Shown here in pieces: positions 10,901 through 19,484 of a stretch of 64,000 nt of DNA. The position numbers were made by a program, and so were the translations under genes. Source of the DNA: Candidatus Eiseniibacteriota bacterium (GTDB lineage: Bacteria; Eisenbacteria; RBG-16-71-46); NCBI GenBank assembly GCA_044222065.1, contig JBGAOA010000007.1:1-64000 (forward strand). The letters run 5' to 3'. Positions within the stretch are counted from its first letter, which is position 1. Each line of letters begins with the position of its first letter. Under the pieces are notes generated by a model. The model searched no databases. It had not been told where the DNA came from and was given only the letters and a program-made list of their open reading frames with translations.

Positions 10901-11985
10901 CGCCGTCGCCGCAGAGCGCGCAGATCGTCGTGTTCGGCTTCGACTTCAAGGACCTCGCCGACGCGACCGCGGCGGCGAACCTGCTCGACAACACGGCGAC
11001 CTATCTGCTGGCGTCCGAGGGCGCGCCGACCGGCGCGATCGCCGGCCAGGTGCTGCTGTCCGGCACGTTGAATCACGCCGGCACGACCGTGACGCTGTCG
11101 CCGGGCGGCGCTTCGACGACGACGGACGCTCTCGGCAACTACTCGTTCGGCAGCCTCTACCCGGCGACGTACTCCGCGAGCGTGACGCACGCGGGCTACA
11201 CGTCGGGCGGCGCGTCGGGAATCGTGGTGACCGGTGTCGGAACTGCGATCGTGCCGACGATCGTGCTGTACCCGCAGGTGACGTATCAGTACTGCGCGTC
11301 GCCGGCGCTCGCGATTCCGGACAACAACCCGACGGGCGTGACGAGCAACCAGGTCGTGAGCGACGTGTTCGCGGTGGCGGGCGTCGAGGTGGACGTGAAC
11401 ATCACGCACACCTATCGCGGCGACCTCACGGTGGATCTGTCCAACGGCGTGCACACGGTGCGTCTGCACAACCGCACGGGCGGCAGCGCGGACAACATCG
11501 TCGGCACGTATCCGACGACGCTCACGGTCAACGGACCGGGCGCGCTCTCGGACTTCCTCGCCGACGGCTCCGCGCACACGTGGAGCCTCAAGGTGGTGGA
11601 CGCCGCGAGCATCGACGTCGGCACCCTCAATTCGTGGTGTCTGCGGCTCAAGGCGGTTCCGGATTCGAGCGGAAACGTCGACGCGGGTCCGAGCGCGCTT
11701 CCGAAGGCGTTCGCGTTCGCGCCGGTCGCGCCGAACCCGGTGCGCGGCGGCCGCACGATGCTGCACTTCGCTCTGCCGTACGCCTCGGACGCTTCGCTCG
11801 CGATCTACGACGTCAGCGGACGCCTCGTGCGTTCGGTGGTGAAGGGGTCGCTCGAGGCCGGCAACCACGACGTCCTGTGGGACGGCCGCGACGAGAGCGG
11901 GACGCTCGTGCGTCCGGGTCTCTACCTGGCGAGCTTCCGCGCGGGGTCGTTCTCGGCCGCGCGCCGGATGGTGGTCGTGAAGTAA
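7942..11985 (+). CDS. Secreted M36/M4-like zinc metallopeptidase (FTP/PepSY propeptide, Ig-like domains, carboxypeptidase-regulatory-like, P-proprotein, FlgD-Ig C-terminus)
   Basis: GGAGG RBS then GTG, signal peptide, 'HVRYQQQVNGVPV', 'WHEYGH', 'GAMGEGFGD', 'EVHDSG', 'HTYRGDL', C-terminal 'PNP...IYDVSGR...WDGRD..G...PGLY'. Confidence 0.88.
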   Translation: MSPSLAPRVPRALLSVLLALAALLPAAGVQAKKAPETSAKRAALLARPLMLRDIENGGALQKSGGAQSSIGTATGRLLRYWRMTPDRGGVSSTAPRAIAESYLTSNAARLGLVASKLGDDLSLFSEKASPSGTHVRYQQQVNGVPVYRGDLVIKVSNGGQISSVMNNLRPDVQIDTQPAFDAKRAIELGAAAIAPTGKAIGTYRADLEVFDLEGGARLGYRVSIPNEDPMGDWQVFVDAKDGKVLGIVDRAQYADGTGQVFDPDPRSKMSDSSFVDSGDADSAVPFPAAYDIVNLLGMTFSAGTYSLSGPYAQLIDNESPTVVPVTATHADSFRYQRSPSGFEDVMCYWQLDMSQRYIQSLGFTNVNNRVQGVDSHGLSGADNSHYVPSTGNLAFGEGGIDDDEDADVIWHEYGHSIQDNIVPGWGGGQEGAMGEGFGDYWAHSYSLFKAPGFQPLHVFTWDGNGETWPGRVAIDVTMHYPENCCGEVHDSGTLWCSGLIDAYNSVGRTAMDRIVLDHHFALGTSATMADAAAQIIQSDFDLYGGAHVSTLVAKFGFWGFVNPADFVPTITHTPRTDTEASGPYAIVATITSVQPLDPTSLKVHYGVGAFTNEVTMTPTANPNEYSASIPDLGSNVDIRYYIIASDNVGGTSTHPVNAPTAFHQFHVGPDVTAPVITHTAIGNFPQIQWPATVNVTVTDNLGVNADSVRVNWQKNGVSRGAFYLTRVGLTNNWTGAFPGVNADVSVGDVIDYRITARDVASTPNVATHPAVGFHTFNIIASRGTILVLDDDEVASHSAAKQLTGEEAKAASEAASAKPAGPQGLSATNIAAILNARGFTATVEAANTSNPATWSNYQLLVSSSGGNEGPVANAAYRTAIENWVAGGGKLLVEGGEVAYDAASTPGYPTFAANVLHTIDWDADNAGALTLLTPGHPIATTPYAIPSGLAINYTAFGSEDSYKPVAPAYIVYGVTAQAGNGGILVYDDTPSPQSAQIVVFGFDFKDLADATAAANLLDNTATYLLASEGAPTGAIAGQVLLSGTLNHAGTTVTLSPGGASTTTDALGNYSFGSLYPATYSASVTHAGYTSGGASGIVVTGVGTAIVPTIVLYPQVTYQYCASPALAIPDNNPTGVTSNQVVSDVFAVAGVEVDVNITHTYRGDLTVDLSNGVHTVRLHNRTGGSADNIVGTYPTTLTVNGPGALSDFLADGSAHTWSLKVVDAASIDVGTLNSWCLRLKAVPDSSGNVDAGPSALPKAFAFAPVAPNPVRGGRTMLHFALPYASDASLAIYDVSGRLVRSVVKGSLEAGNHDVLWDGRDESGTLVRPGLYLASFRAGSFSAARRMVVVK

Positions 11986-12013
11986 CGCGGTTCCCTGCAG
12001 CCTGTCGTACGCG

Positions 12014-12043
12014 CGGCCCCCGGGGTTTCGTCCCCGGGGGCCG
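12014..12043 (+). terminator. GC-rich hairpin after the protease gene
   Basis: CGGCCCCCGGGG-N6-CCCCGGGGGCCG, 12 bp perfect stem with a weak U-tract. Confidence 0.55.
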
Positions 12044-12219
12044 TTCGCGTCCGCGCAGGAAGGCGTGTCCGTTCGTCAGGACGGCCGCTCGTCTGTCAGG
12101 CAGGCCCTGACGGAGCGTCGGTCAGGGCGCGGACGAACGCGTGCTCGAGGGGCACCGAAGGCGCGCCAATCGCCCGCCCGAGCGCACTGGACCGCCGTCA
12201 CGATCCGGTGGAACGACCG

Positions 12220-12235
12220 CGGCACGCGCCATGCC
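12220..12235 (+). promoter_or_regulatory. Putative sigma54 promoter for the oxidoreductase operon
   Basis: cGGCACG-cgcc-aTGC matches the GG-N10-GC spacing of TGGCACG-N4-TTGC. Confidence 0.4.
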
Positions 12236-12335
12236 ATGAAGCCTCCCGACGGGATTCCGACGGTTTCGTCCGCCTCGGCGGTCCGGCCCGGATGGCGTGC
12301 TCGCCTGCGGACTTCCTCGCGCGAAGGAGGCTGCG

Positions 12336-12953
12336 ATGCGCGAATTACGCATTCACGGGCGCGGCGGGCAGGGAGCGGTGATCGCCTCCAAGCTGCTCGC
12401 GACGGCCCTGTTTCTCGAAGGCAAGTCGGTGCAGTCGTTCCCCGCGTTCGGCGTCGAGCGCCGCGGCGCCCCGGTCGCGGCGTTCCTGCGCGTGAGCGAC
12501 GGACCGATCCTGCTGCGCTGCGAAGTGACGACGCCCGACGACCTCATCGTGCTCGATCCCACGCTCGTCCGCGCCGTGGACGTGACGTCGGGCCTGAAGG
12601 ACGGCGGAGGCATCCTGATCAACGCCGACGGCGGGCCCGAATCGTTCGCGGAACTCGGGCGCCGCTTCCGAGTCGGCACCGTGAACGCGAGCGCGATCGC
12701 GCAGCGTCACGGCCTCGGCTCGCGCACCCAGCCGATCGTGAACACCGCGATCCTCGGAGCGTTCGCGACGTTCTCGGGGCTCGTTTCGCTCGAGTCCGTG
12801 TGCCGGGCGATCGCGAGCGACGTGCCGATCAAGACCGATGCGAACGTCGCCGCGGCGCGCGAAGCGGGCGCGGCCGCGCTCGTGGTCGTCGCCGGGCAGG
12901 CCGCCGCACGTGCGTTCGGCCCCGCGGGCGGACCGGAGGTGCTCCGTGCCTGA
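12336..12953 (+). CDS. porC: 2-oxoacid:ferredoxin oxidoreductase gamma subunit
   Basis: AAGGAGG RBS, 'RIHGRGGQGAV', 'FGVERRGAPV', 'VNTAILGA'. Confidence 0.92.
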   Translation: MRELRIHGRGGQGAVIASKLLATALFLEGKSVQSFPAFGVERRGAPVAAFLRVSDGPILLRCEVTTPDDLIVLDPTLVRAVDVTSGLKDGGGILINADGGPESFAELGRRFRVGTVNASAIAQRHGLGSRTQPIVNTAILGAFATFSGLVSLESVCRAIASDVPIKTDANVAAAREAGAAALVVVAGQAAARAFGPAGGPEVLRA

Positions 12954-14781
12954 CGCGCGCGCGAACTCCGATCTGCGGCACGGCGTGCCGCCCGTGGCGG
13001 TGAGCAGCACCTCGACCCGCGTCAACAAGACCGGGTCGTGGAAGTACATCCGGCCGATCTATCGCGACCGCGTCGCGCCCTGCAACCAGGGCTGTCCGGT
13101 CGGCATCGACATCGAGGGCTACATGAACCTCGCGCGCGAGGGGCGGGTCACGGAGGCGCGCGACCTGCTGCTGCGCGAGAACCCGCTGCCCGCGACCACG
13201 GGCCGGGTCTGCTACCACCCGTGCGAGTCGTCCTGCAATCGCGCGTCGTTCGACCAGCCGGTCGCGATCCACGCGGTCGAGCGCATGCTCGGCGACCTCG
13301 CGCTCGAAGCGCCGGTCGAACGGCCGGAGCGCACGCGCGACGAAACGGTCGCCGTCGTCGGCGCGGGCCCCGCGGGGCTCGCGTGCGCGTACCACCTCGC
13401 GCGCCTCGGCTACGGCGTCACCGTGTACGATGCCGATCCGGAGCCGGGCGGCGTGCTGCGCTGGGGCATTCCCGAGTACCGGCTTCCGAAGCGCGTGCTC
13501 GCGGGCGAGATCGCGCGCATCCGGGCGCTCGGCGTGCAGTTCGAATCGGGCGTGCGCGTCGGCCGCGACCTGCCATTCGAGGGGCTCTCGAAGCACGACG
13601 CCGTGTTCCTCGCGACCGGCGTCCACCGGAGCCGTCCGCTCGGCATCCCGGGCGAGGACTTCTCCGGCGTGTGGCGCGGACTCGAGCTGCTGCGCCGCGT
13701 GAACGCGGGCGAACGTCCGGACCTCGGCCGGCGCGTCGTCGTCGTGGGCGGAGGCAATACCGCCATGGACTGCGCGCGCACCGCCGTGCGGCTCGGCGCC
13801 GAGGTGACGGTGCTGTACCGGCGCGGCCGCGCCGAGATGCCGGCCAATCACGAAGAGGTCGAAGAGGCGCTGCACGAAGGTGTGCGGTTCGGCTTCCTCG
13901 CGGCGCCGCTCGCCGTGCTCGCGGACGAACGCGCGCCGGAAGAGGACGCGCTCGAGGCCATCGGCGATACGTTCGGCGAGTTCGAATCGCTCGATGCGCG
14001 CCCGCGCGTCGCCGGCCTGCGCTGCATCCGCATGCAGCTCGGCGCGCCGGACGCCTCGGGTCGCCGCCGTCCCGAGCCGGTCGAGGGCTCGGACTTCACG
14101 GTGCCGTGCGACACGCTCGTGACCGCGCTCGGCGAGGACGCGGAACTCGAGTACCTGCCGAAGGAGCTCCAGACGCGCGGCGGCGCGATGCACGTAAGCC
14201 CGCTCGGGGCGACGAGCCGCACCGCGGTGTTCGCCGGCGGCGACATTACCGAGGAGCCGCACACGGTGGCGTTCGCGATCGGCTCCGGGAAGCGCGCCGC
14301 GGTCGGCATCGACCACTACCTGCGGCTGCTGAACGGCGAGGACTCCGACGCGGTCGAGATCGGGGAGTTGCGCTTCGGACCCGAGGGCAACGTCTCGGCG
14401 ACCCGCTGGCGCGACGACGACCCGGTGCTGCGCGTGGATCCGGTGAACGAGGTCGTGCGCTTCGAGGCCATCAACCCGGCGCACTTCGAGCACGCCGCGC
14501 GGCACGCGGACCGGCTGCGGCCGGCGCACGACTCCCGCCACGACTTCGGCGAAGCGAACCTCGGGCTCGCCCGCGAGGACGCGCTCGCCGAGGCGCGGCG
14601 CTGCTTCAACTGCGGCGTCTGCAACGGCTGCGAAGTGTGCCTCGTGTTCTGTCCCGACGTGGCGATCTCGCGGCGTTCGGACGGACGCTTCGACATCGCC
14701 TACGACTACTGCAAGGGCTGCGGCGTGTGCGCCGAGGAGTGCCCGCGCGGTTCGATCGTGATGACGCGGGAGGGACTGTGA
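12946..14781 (+). CDS. Fusion of POR delta subunit with GltD-like FAD/NAD(P) oxidoreductase
   Basis: N-terminal 'NKTGSWKYIRP', 'APC..GCP', 'GRVCYHPCESSC', 'GAGPAG', 'GGGNTAMD', 'YRR', C-terminal two 4Fe-4S motifs 'CNGCEVCLVFCP' and 'CKGCGVCAEECP'. Confidence 0.88.
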   Translation: MPDARANSDLRHGVPPVAVSSTSTRVNKTGSWKYIRPIYRDRVAPCNQGCPVGIDIEGYMNLAREGRVTEARDLLLRENPLPATTGRVCYHPCESSCNRASFDQPVAIHAVERMLGDLALEAPVERPERTRDETVAVVGAGPAGLACAYHLARLGYGVTVYDADPEPGGVLRWGIPEYRLPKRVLAGEIARIRALGVQFESGVRVGRDLPFEGLSKHDAVFLATGVHRSRPLGIPGEDFSGVWRGLELLRRVNAGERPDLGRRVVVVGGGNTAMDCARTAVRLGAEVTVLYRRGRAEMPANHEEVEEALHEGVRFGFLAAPLAVLADERAPEEDALEAIGDTFGEFESLDARPRVAGLRCIRMQLGAPDASGRRRPEPVEGSDFTVPCDTLVTALGEDAELEYLPKELQTRGGAMHVSPLGATSRTAVFAGGDITEEPHTVAFAIGSGKRAAVGIDHYLRLLNGEDSDAVEIGELRFGPEGNVSATRWRDDDPVLRVDPVNEVVRFEAINPAHFEHAARHADRLRPAHDSRHDFGEANLGLAREDALAEARRCFNCGVCNGCEVCLVFCPDVAISRRSDGRFDIAYDYCKGCGVCAEECPRGSIVMTREGL

Positions 14782-15944
14782 AGAAAGTCATCGTGGGCAA
14801 CCACGCCGTCTCGTGGGGCGTCGCGCTCGCGCGCGCCGAAGTCATCGCCGCGTATCCGATCACGCCGCAGACGCAGATCGTCGAGGAGCTGGCCGAGATG
14901 ACGGACGACGGCCGGCTGAACGCACGCTTCATCAAGGTCGAGTCCGAGCACTCCGCGATGGCGGCGTGCATCGGCGCCTCGGCCGCGGGCGTGCGCGCGT
15001 TCACGGCCACGTCCTCACAGGGCCTGCTGCTCATGCACGAACTGCTGCACTGGGCGGGCCTCGGACGGCTGCCGATCGTGATGGCCGACATCAATCGCGC
15101 GGTCGCTCCCGGCTGGAACATCTGGACCGACCAGAACGACACGCTCGCCCAGCGCGACACGGGCTGGGTGCAGCTCTACTGCGAGAACAACCAGGAAGTG
15201 CTCGACACGACCGTGCAGGCGTTCAAGCTCGCCGAGCGCGTCGGGCTGCCGGTGATGATCGTGCTCGACGCGTTCTTCCTGTCGCACACGTCCGAGCCGG
15301 TGGACATCCCGGACGCCGCGGACGTGGACGCGTTCCTGCCGAAGCGCGACGCCGCGCTCAAGCTCGACACCGCGGACCCGCACGCGTTCGGCGCGCTGAC
15401 GACGCCGGCCGTGTACATGGAGATGCGGCTGCGCCAGCAGGAGGCCTTCGACGGCGTGCCGGATGCCTACCGCGCGATCGACGCGGAGTGGGCCGCGCGC
15501 TTCGGGCGCTCGTGGTCGCCGGTCGAGGCCTATCGCTGCGACGGGGCGGACACGGTGCTCGTCACGTCCGGGACCGTGACCTCGACCGCGCGCCACGTCG
15601 TGAACGAGCGGCGCGCGCGCGGCGAGAAGGTCGGCCTCGTGAAGGTGAAGATGTTCCGGCCCTTCCCGACGCACCTCCTGCGCGAGACGCTCGCCGGGAT
15701 CCCGCGCGTCGCGGTGCTCGATCGCAACATCTCGCCGGGGCACGGCGGGATCTTCGCCGAGGAGCTGCGTTCGTCGCTCTACGACCTCGCGGACTGGCTG
15801 CGCCCGCGCGTGGACGGCTACATCGTCGGGCTCGGCGGGCGCGACGTGACGCCGGCCGTGATCGAGGAGTGCCTCGACCGCACCCGCGCGAAGGCGGCGT
15901 CGAGTTCGGTCCGGGAAGACCAGTGGGTGGGGGTGAAGCCATGA
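14778..15944 (+). CDS. porA: 2-oxoacid:ferredoxin oxidoreductase alpha subunit
   Basis: 'AAYPITPQT', 'VESEHSAM', 'TATSSQG', 'GLGGRD'. GTGA overlap with the upstream gene. Confidence 0.93.
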   Translation: MKKVIVGNHAVSWGVALARAEVIAAYPITPQTQIVEELAEMTDDGRLNARFIKVESEHSAMAACIGASAAGVRAFTATSSQGLLLMHELLHWAGLGRLPIVMADINRAVAPGWNIWTDQNDTLAQRDTGWVQLYCENNQEVLDTTVQAFKLAERVGLPVMIVLDAFFLSHTSEPVDIPDAADVDAFLPKRDAALKLDTADPHAFGALTTPAVYMEMRLRQQEAFDGVPDAYRAIDAEWAARFGRSWSPVEAYRCDGADTVLVTSGTVTSTARHVVNERRARGEKVGLVKVKMFRPFPTHLLRETLAGIPRVAVLDRNISPGHGGIFAEELRSSLYDLADWLRPRVDGYIVGLGGRDVTPAVIEECLDRTRAKAASSSVREDQWVGVKP

Positions 15945-16837
15945 GCCAGATCTCGTTCAAGGACGCGGTCCCGCAGATCGAGCTGCTCGACTCCGGGCAC
16001 CTCGCCTGTCCGGGCTGCGGCGCCGCGCTCGCGATGCGCATGGTGCTGAAGGCGCTCGGCGAGAAGACCGTCGTCGCCCTGCCCGCGTGCTGCTGGAGCA
16101 TCATCGCGGGGCCGTACCCGCAGTCGTCGCTCAAGGTGCCGCTCTACCACACGGCGTTCGAGACCGGCGCGTCGGCGGCCTCGGGCATCAAGGCGGCGCT
16201 CGTCGCGCGCGGCGACACCGAGACCACGGTCGTCGCCTGGGCGGGCGACGGCGGCACGTTCGACATCGGCCTGCAGGCGCTGTCGGGCGCGGCCGAGCGG
16301 AACGAGGACATCCTGTACGTCTGCTACGACAACGAGGCGTACATGAACACCGGCATCCAGCGTTCGTCGGCGACGCCGTTCGGCGCGTGGACGACGACGA
16401 CGCCCGGCCAGCACACGAAGTCGCATCCGAAGAAGGACATTCTCGCGATCCTCGCGGCGCACCGCATTCCGTACGCCGCGAGCGCGACGCCGGCGTATCC
16501 CGAGGACCTGATGCGCAAGGTGCAGCGCGCGAAGGCGACGCGCGGCATGCGCTTCCTGCACCTGCTCGCGCCGTGCCCTCCCGGCTGGAAGACGGAGGAC
16601 TCCGAGACGATCGAACTCGCCCGGCTCGCCGTGCAGGCGCGCGTGTTCCCGCTGCTCGAGGTCGAGAACGGCGAGACGTGGCGGCTCACGATCGAGCCGC
16701 GCGGCGACTCGGTCGCCGAGTATCTCGAACGGCAGGGCCGCTTCCGCCACCTCGGCGACGAGGCCGTGCAGGCGATCCAGGTGCAGGTGGACGCGCGCTG
16801 GCGTTCGATCGAGCGGAGGGTGAAGGACGGGGTGTAG
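15941..16837 (+). CDS. porB: 2-oxoacid:ferredoxin oxidoreductase beta subunit
   Basis: 'ACPGCG', TPP motif 'GDGGTFDIG...YDNEAYMNTG', 'APCPPGW'. Confidence 0.93.
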   Translation: MSQISFKDAVPQIELLDSGHLACPGCGAALAMRMVLKALGEKTVVALPACCWSIIAGPYPQSSLKVPLYHTAFETGASAASGIKAALVARGDTETTVVAWAGDGGTFDIGLQALSGAAERNEDILYVCYDNEAYMNTGIQRSSATPFGAWTTTTPGQHTKSHPKKDILAILAAHRIPYAASATPAYPEDLMRKVQRAKATRGMRFLHLLAPCPPGWKTEDSETIELARLAVQARVFPLLEVENGETWRLTIEPRGDSVAEYLERQGRFRHLGDEAVQAIQVQVDARWRSIERRVKDGV

Positions 16838-16846
16838 TCCGCGGCC

Positions 16847-17233
16847 TCAGTACGACTGGTAGGACTTCTCCTCGAGCAACGTCGAGCCGAGCGCGACGTT
16901 GAGGTCGCGCTTGATCGCGGCGCGCCGGTCGTTCGTGCGGTAGACGGCGCGCGCGAGCTCGATGAAGTCGGCGTCGAACGTGCGGGCCGCTTCCTTTTCG
17001 CGAATGCGGTCCTCGATCTCCCACAGCGTCTCGTTCACGCGCTTGAGGTCGGCGACGAGCGCCGCGACGTCTCGGCTCGCGAGCGGCGAAGCCGCCCACG
17101 TCGCGCGCAGCAGCTCGAGTTCGCGCCGGACGTTCTCGAGTTTGGCCGGGTCGGTGATGCGCTCGGACTTGATCTCGAGGATCGTGAGCTTGTCGAGGAA
17201 CTCGCCGGGCGAAGTCTGAACGTTGAGCAGCAT
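16847..17233 (-). CDS. DUF6165-like protein
   Basis: 'SPGEFLDKLTILEIK...VNETLWEIEDRIR...FIELARAVY.TND.R..IK...EEKSY'. Confidence 0.8.
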   Translation of the reverse strand: MLLNVQTSPGEFLDKLTILEIKSERITDPAKLENVRRELELLRATWAASPLASRDVAALVADLKRVNETLWEIEDRIREKEAARTFDADFIELARAVYRTNDRRAAIKRDLNVALGSTLLEEKSYQSY

Positions 17234-17422
17234 CGGCGCGGGTCTCCGTGGGGCCGTGGAAGGCAGCGGGCGCGCGCAGCATAGCGGGCCGCGGCGGCCG
17301 CGTGCACGCCCGCGCCGCGCGGAAATCCCTTGCGGCCGGCCGGGGGAGCGGGCAGCGTGGGCGCGCCCCGCGCGGCCCGTCGGACCGCGCCGCACGGTCG
17401 CCTCGAGCGAAAGGAGCCCCCG

Positions 17423-17863
17423 ATGTCGCAGGCCGTCTCGCCGTCCATTCCGTCGAGTCCGACGTCCGTCGCCTCGGGGCTCGCTCGCCTCGCGCTCGTT
17501 GCCGCCGCGTTGGCGACCGCGCTCGCGGCGCTGTGGCTGCTCTCGACGGTCGCGACCGTGCTGCCCGCGCGCGATCCGGCGCGCGTGCCGTTCTGGACGA
17601 CGGTGGCGGTCGCGCTGCTCGCCTACAGCGCGCTATCGCTCGGCGCGGCGTGGCGGGGTCCGCGGGCCGGCTGGCTGCGGCTCGCGCTGCTGTGGGCGTC
17701 CGTTGCGGCGGTGTTCGTCGGCGGCTTCGAGGTGGCCGAGAACCTGTCCCCGCCGCCGGGCCGGCACTTCGAGGGCTATCTCGTGCTGCTCGGCGCGATC
17801 GTCGCGGCGCACGGCGTCGCCGCGGTCGCGTGGATCGCCGGGCGGCGGCTCCGGCGCGCCTGA
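17423..17863 (+). CDS. Hypothetical 4-TM membrane protein
   Basis: AAGGAG RBS, four hydrophobic helices, 'HFEGY' loop. Confidence 0.65.
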   Translation: MSQAVSPSIPSSPTSVASGLARLALVAAALATALAALWLLSTVATVLPARDPARVPFWTTVAVALLAYSALSLGAAWRGPRAGWLRLALLWASVAAVFVGGFEVAENLSPPPGRHFEGYLVLLGAIVAAHGVAAVAWIAGRRLRRA

Positions 17864-17892
17864 TGCGCGGCGCCGCGGCTATACTGCGGCGC

Positions 17893-19206
17893 ATGACCGC
17901 TCGCCCCCGAGGCTTCGGCTTCGCCGCGTCCTGCGCGCTCGCGCTTTCGCTCGCGTGCGCACCGCGCGCGCTGCGCGGTCCGGACGGGAACGCGTCCCCG
18001 TCCGCGATCCGGCTCATCGAGTCGCGACCGGTTGGGACCGCGCTCGGGAACCCCGCGCTCGAGGCCGCCGATCACGCGTGGCTCAACCTGATCCGCGGCT
18101 CGCAGCGCACGCTCGACATCGAGCAGTTCTACGTGTCGCGCTGGCCGGGAGAGCCGCTCGATCCGGTGCTCGACGAGATCGGCCGCGCGGCGAAGCGCGG
18201 CGTGCGCGTGCGGCTGCTCGTGGACGCGCGCATGCATCGCACGTATCCGCGCACGGTGGACTCGCTCGCGAACGTGCCGGGCATCGAGGTGCGGCGCATC
18301 GACTACGGCCGGCTCGCGGGCGGCGTCCAGCACGCGAAGTTCTTCGTCGTGGACGGCGCGACCGTCGTGCTCGGGAGCCAGAACTTCGACTGGCGCGCGC
18401 TCGCGCACATCCACGAACTCGGCGTCGTGATCCTCGACCGCCGCGTCGCGGGCGCGATCGGGAAGGCGTTCGAACTCGACTGGGCAGCGGCCGCGGACAC
18501 CGTGGCGCTCGCGAGCGCGGCCGCGGTGGCCGCGTCGCGGGAACACGCGCTGCCCCCGGGGCACGCGCCCTCGCCCGTGTGGCGAGTCTCGATGTCGTTC
18601 GGCGACTCGGCGCTCGTGCGCGCGAGCGCGAACCCGCTCTCGACCGTTCCCGATTCCGTGGACTGGGACCGCGACGCGATCCAGCGCCTGATCGACGGCG
18701 CGCGCGGCGAAGTCGTCGCGGCGATGCTCAGCTACTCGATCCGCTCCCGGAGCGGCGTGGACTCGACGCTCCACGCGGCGCTCCGGCGCGCGGCCGTGCG
18801 CGGCGTGCGCGTACGGCTCATCGTCTCCGACTGGCAGGCCGACAGCCCGAGCCTCGGCGACCTCAAGTCGCTCGCGCGCACGCCCGGAATCGAAGTCGTG
18901 ATGTCGCGCGTGCCCGAGTGGAGCGGCGGCTACATCCCGTTCGCGCGCGTCGAGCACTGCAAGTTCCTCGTCGCGGACACGCTCCAGACCTGGATCGGCA
19001 CGAGCAACTGGGGGCCGGACTACTTCCACGAGTCGCGCAACGTCGGCGTGACGATCGAGAACCGCACGATCGCGCGGCAGGCGCGCGCGACGTTCGAGAC
19101 GAGCTGGACGTTCCCGAACTCGGTCCGGCTCCACCCGGATTCGACCTACGCCCCGCGCGTTCACGGCGAGGAGCCGCCCCCGGGGGCGAAGAAGTACGGC
19201 GGCTGA
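17893..19206 (+). CDS. Phospholipase D-family protein (possible lipoprotein)
   Basis: Two HKD motifs 'HAKFFVVD..GSQNF' and 'HCKFLVAD..GTSNW', lipobox-like 'SLAC'. TATACT lies 7 nt before the ATG; alternative start at 17863. Confidence 0.88.
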   Translation: MTARPRGFGFAASCALALSLACAPRALRGPDGNASPSAIRLIESRPVGTALGNPALEAADHAWLNLIRGSQRTLDIEQFYVSRWPGEPLDPVLDEIGRAAKRGVRVRLLVDARMHRTYPRTVDSLANVPGIEVRRIDYGRLAGGVQHAKFFVVDGATVVLGSQNFDWRALAHIHELGVVILDRRVAGAIGKAFELDWAAAADTVALASAAAVAASREHALPPGHAPSPVWRVSMSFGDSALVRASANPLSTVPDSVDWDRDAIQRLIDGARGEVVAAMLSYSIRSRSGVDSTLHAALRRAAVRGVRVRLIVSDWQADSPSLGDLKSLARTPGIEVVMSRVPEWSGGYIPFARVEHCKFLVADTLQTWIGTSNWGPDYFHESRNVGVTIENRTIARQARATFETSWTFPNSVRLHPDSTYAPRVHGEEPPPGAKKYGG

Positions 19207-19322
19207 GACGCCCGTCGGGGCCGCGATCGCCGCGCCCGGGAAATAGCCTGCGACTCGCGCGTGCGCCCGGCATCAGAGGCCGACACGCGGCCGACGGAGG
19301 CCCCGGAGCCGCGTCCCCGACC

Positions 19323-19409
19323 ATGAACTTCACGCACCTCCAGATGTGTTGTGGCTGTTGCGCTCCGCACGCGCGGAGGGCCGGTCGCACCGTATCCGGA
19401 AGCTGCTGA
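19323..19409 (+). CDS. Cys-rich leader peptide MNFTHLQMCCGCCAPHARRAGRTVSGSC
   Basis: ATG...TGT TGT GGC TGT TGC...TGC TGA directly upstream of a terminator and cysteine synthase. Confidence 0.75.
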   Translation: MNFTHLQMCCGCCAPHARRAGRTVSGSC

Positions 19410-19433
19410 CGAAGAGCCGGAAAGCCGGAGCGC

Positions 19434-19468
19434 AACGCCCACCGCAAACGCGGTGGGCGTTTTCGTTT
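19434..19468 (+). terminator. Attenuator terminator upstream of cysK
   Basis: AACGCCCACCGC-AAAC-GCGGTGGGCGTT then TTCGTTT; 12 bp perfect stem. Confidence 0.8.
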
Positions 19469-19484
19469 CCGATCGAGGAGTCCG

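Noticed and set aside
7810..11868. Very long antisense and alternate-frame ORFs (e.g. 1352 aa at 7810-11868; many others 400-1100 aa)
   Set aside because: Arg/Ala/Pro-rich shadow ORFs are expected at this GC content, and they overlap genes with recognisable motifs.
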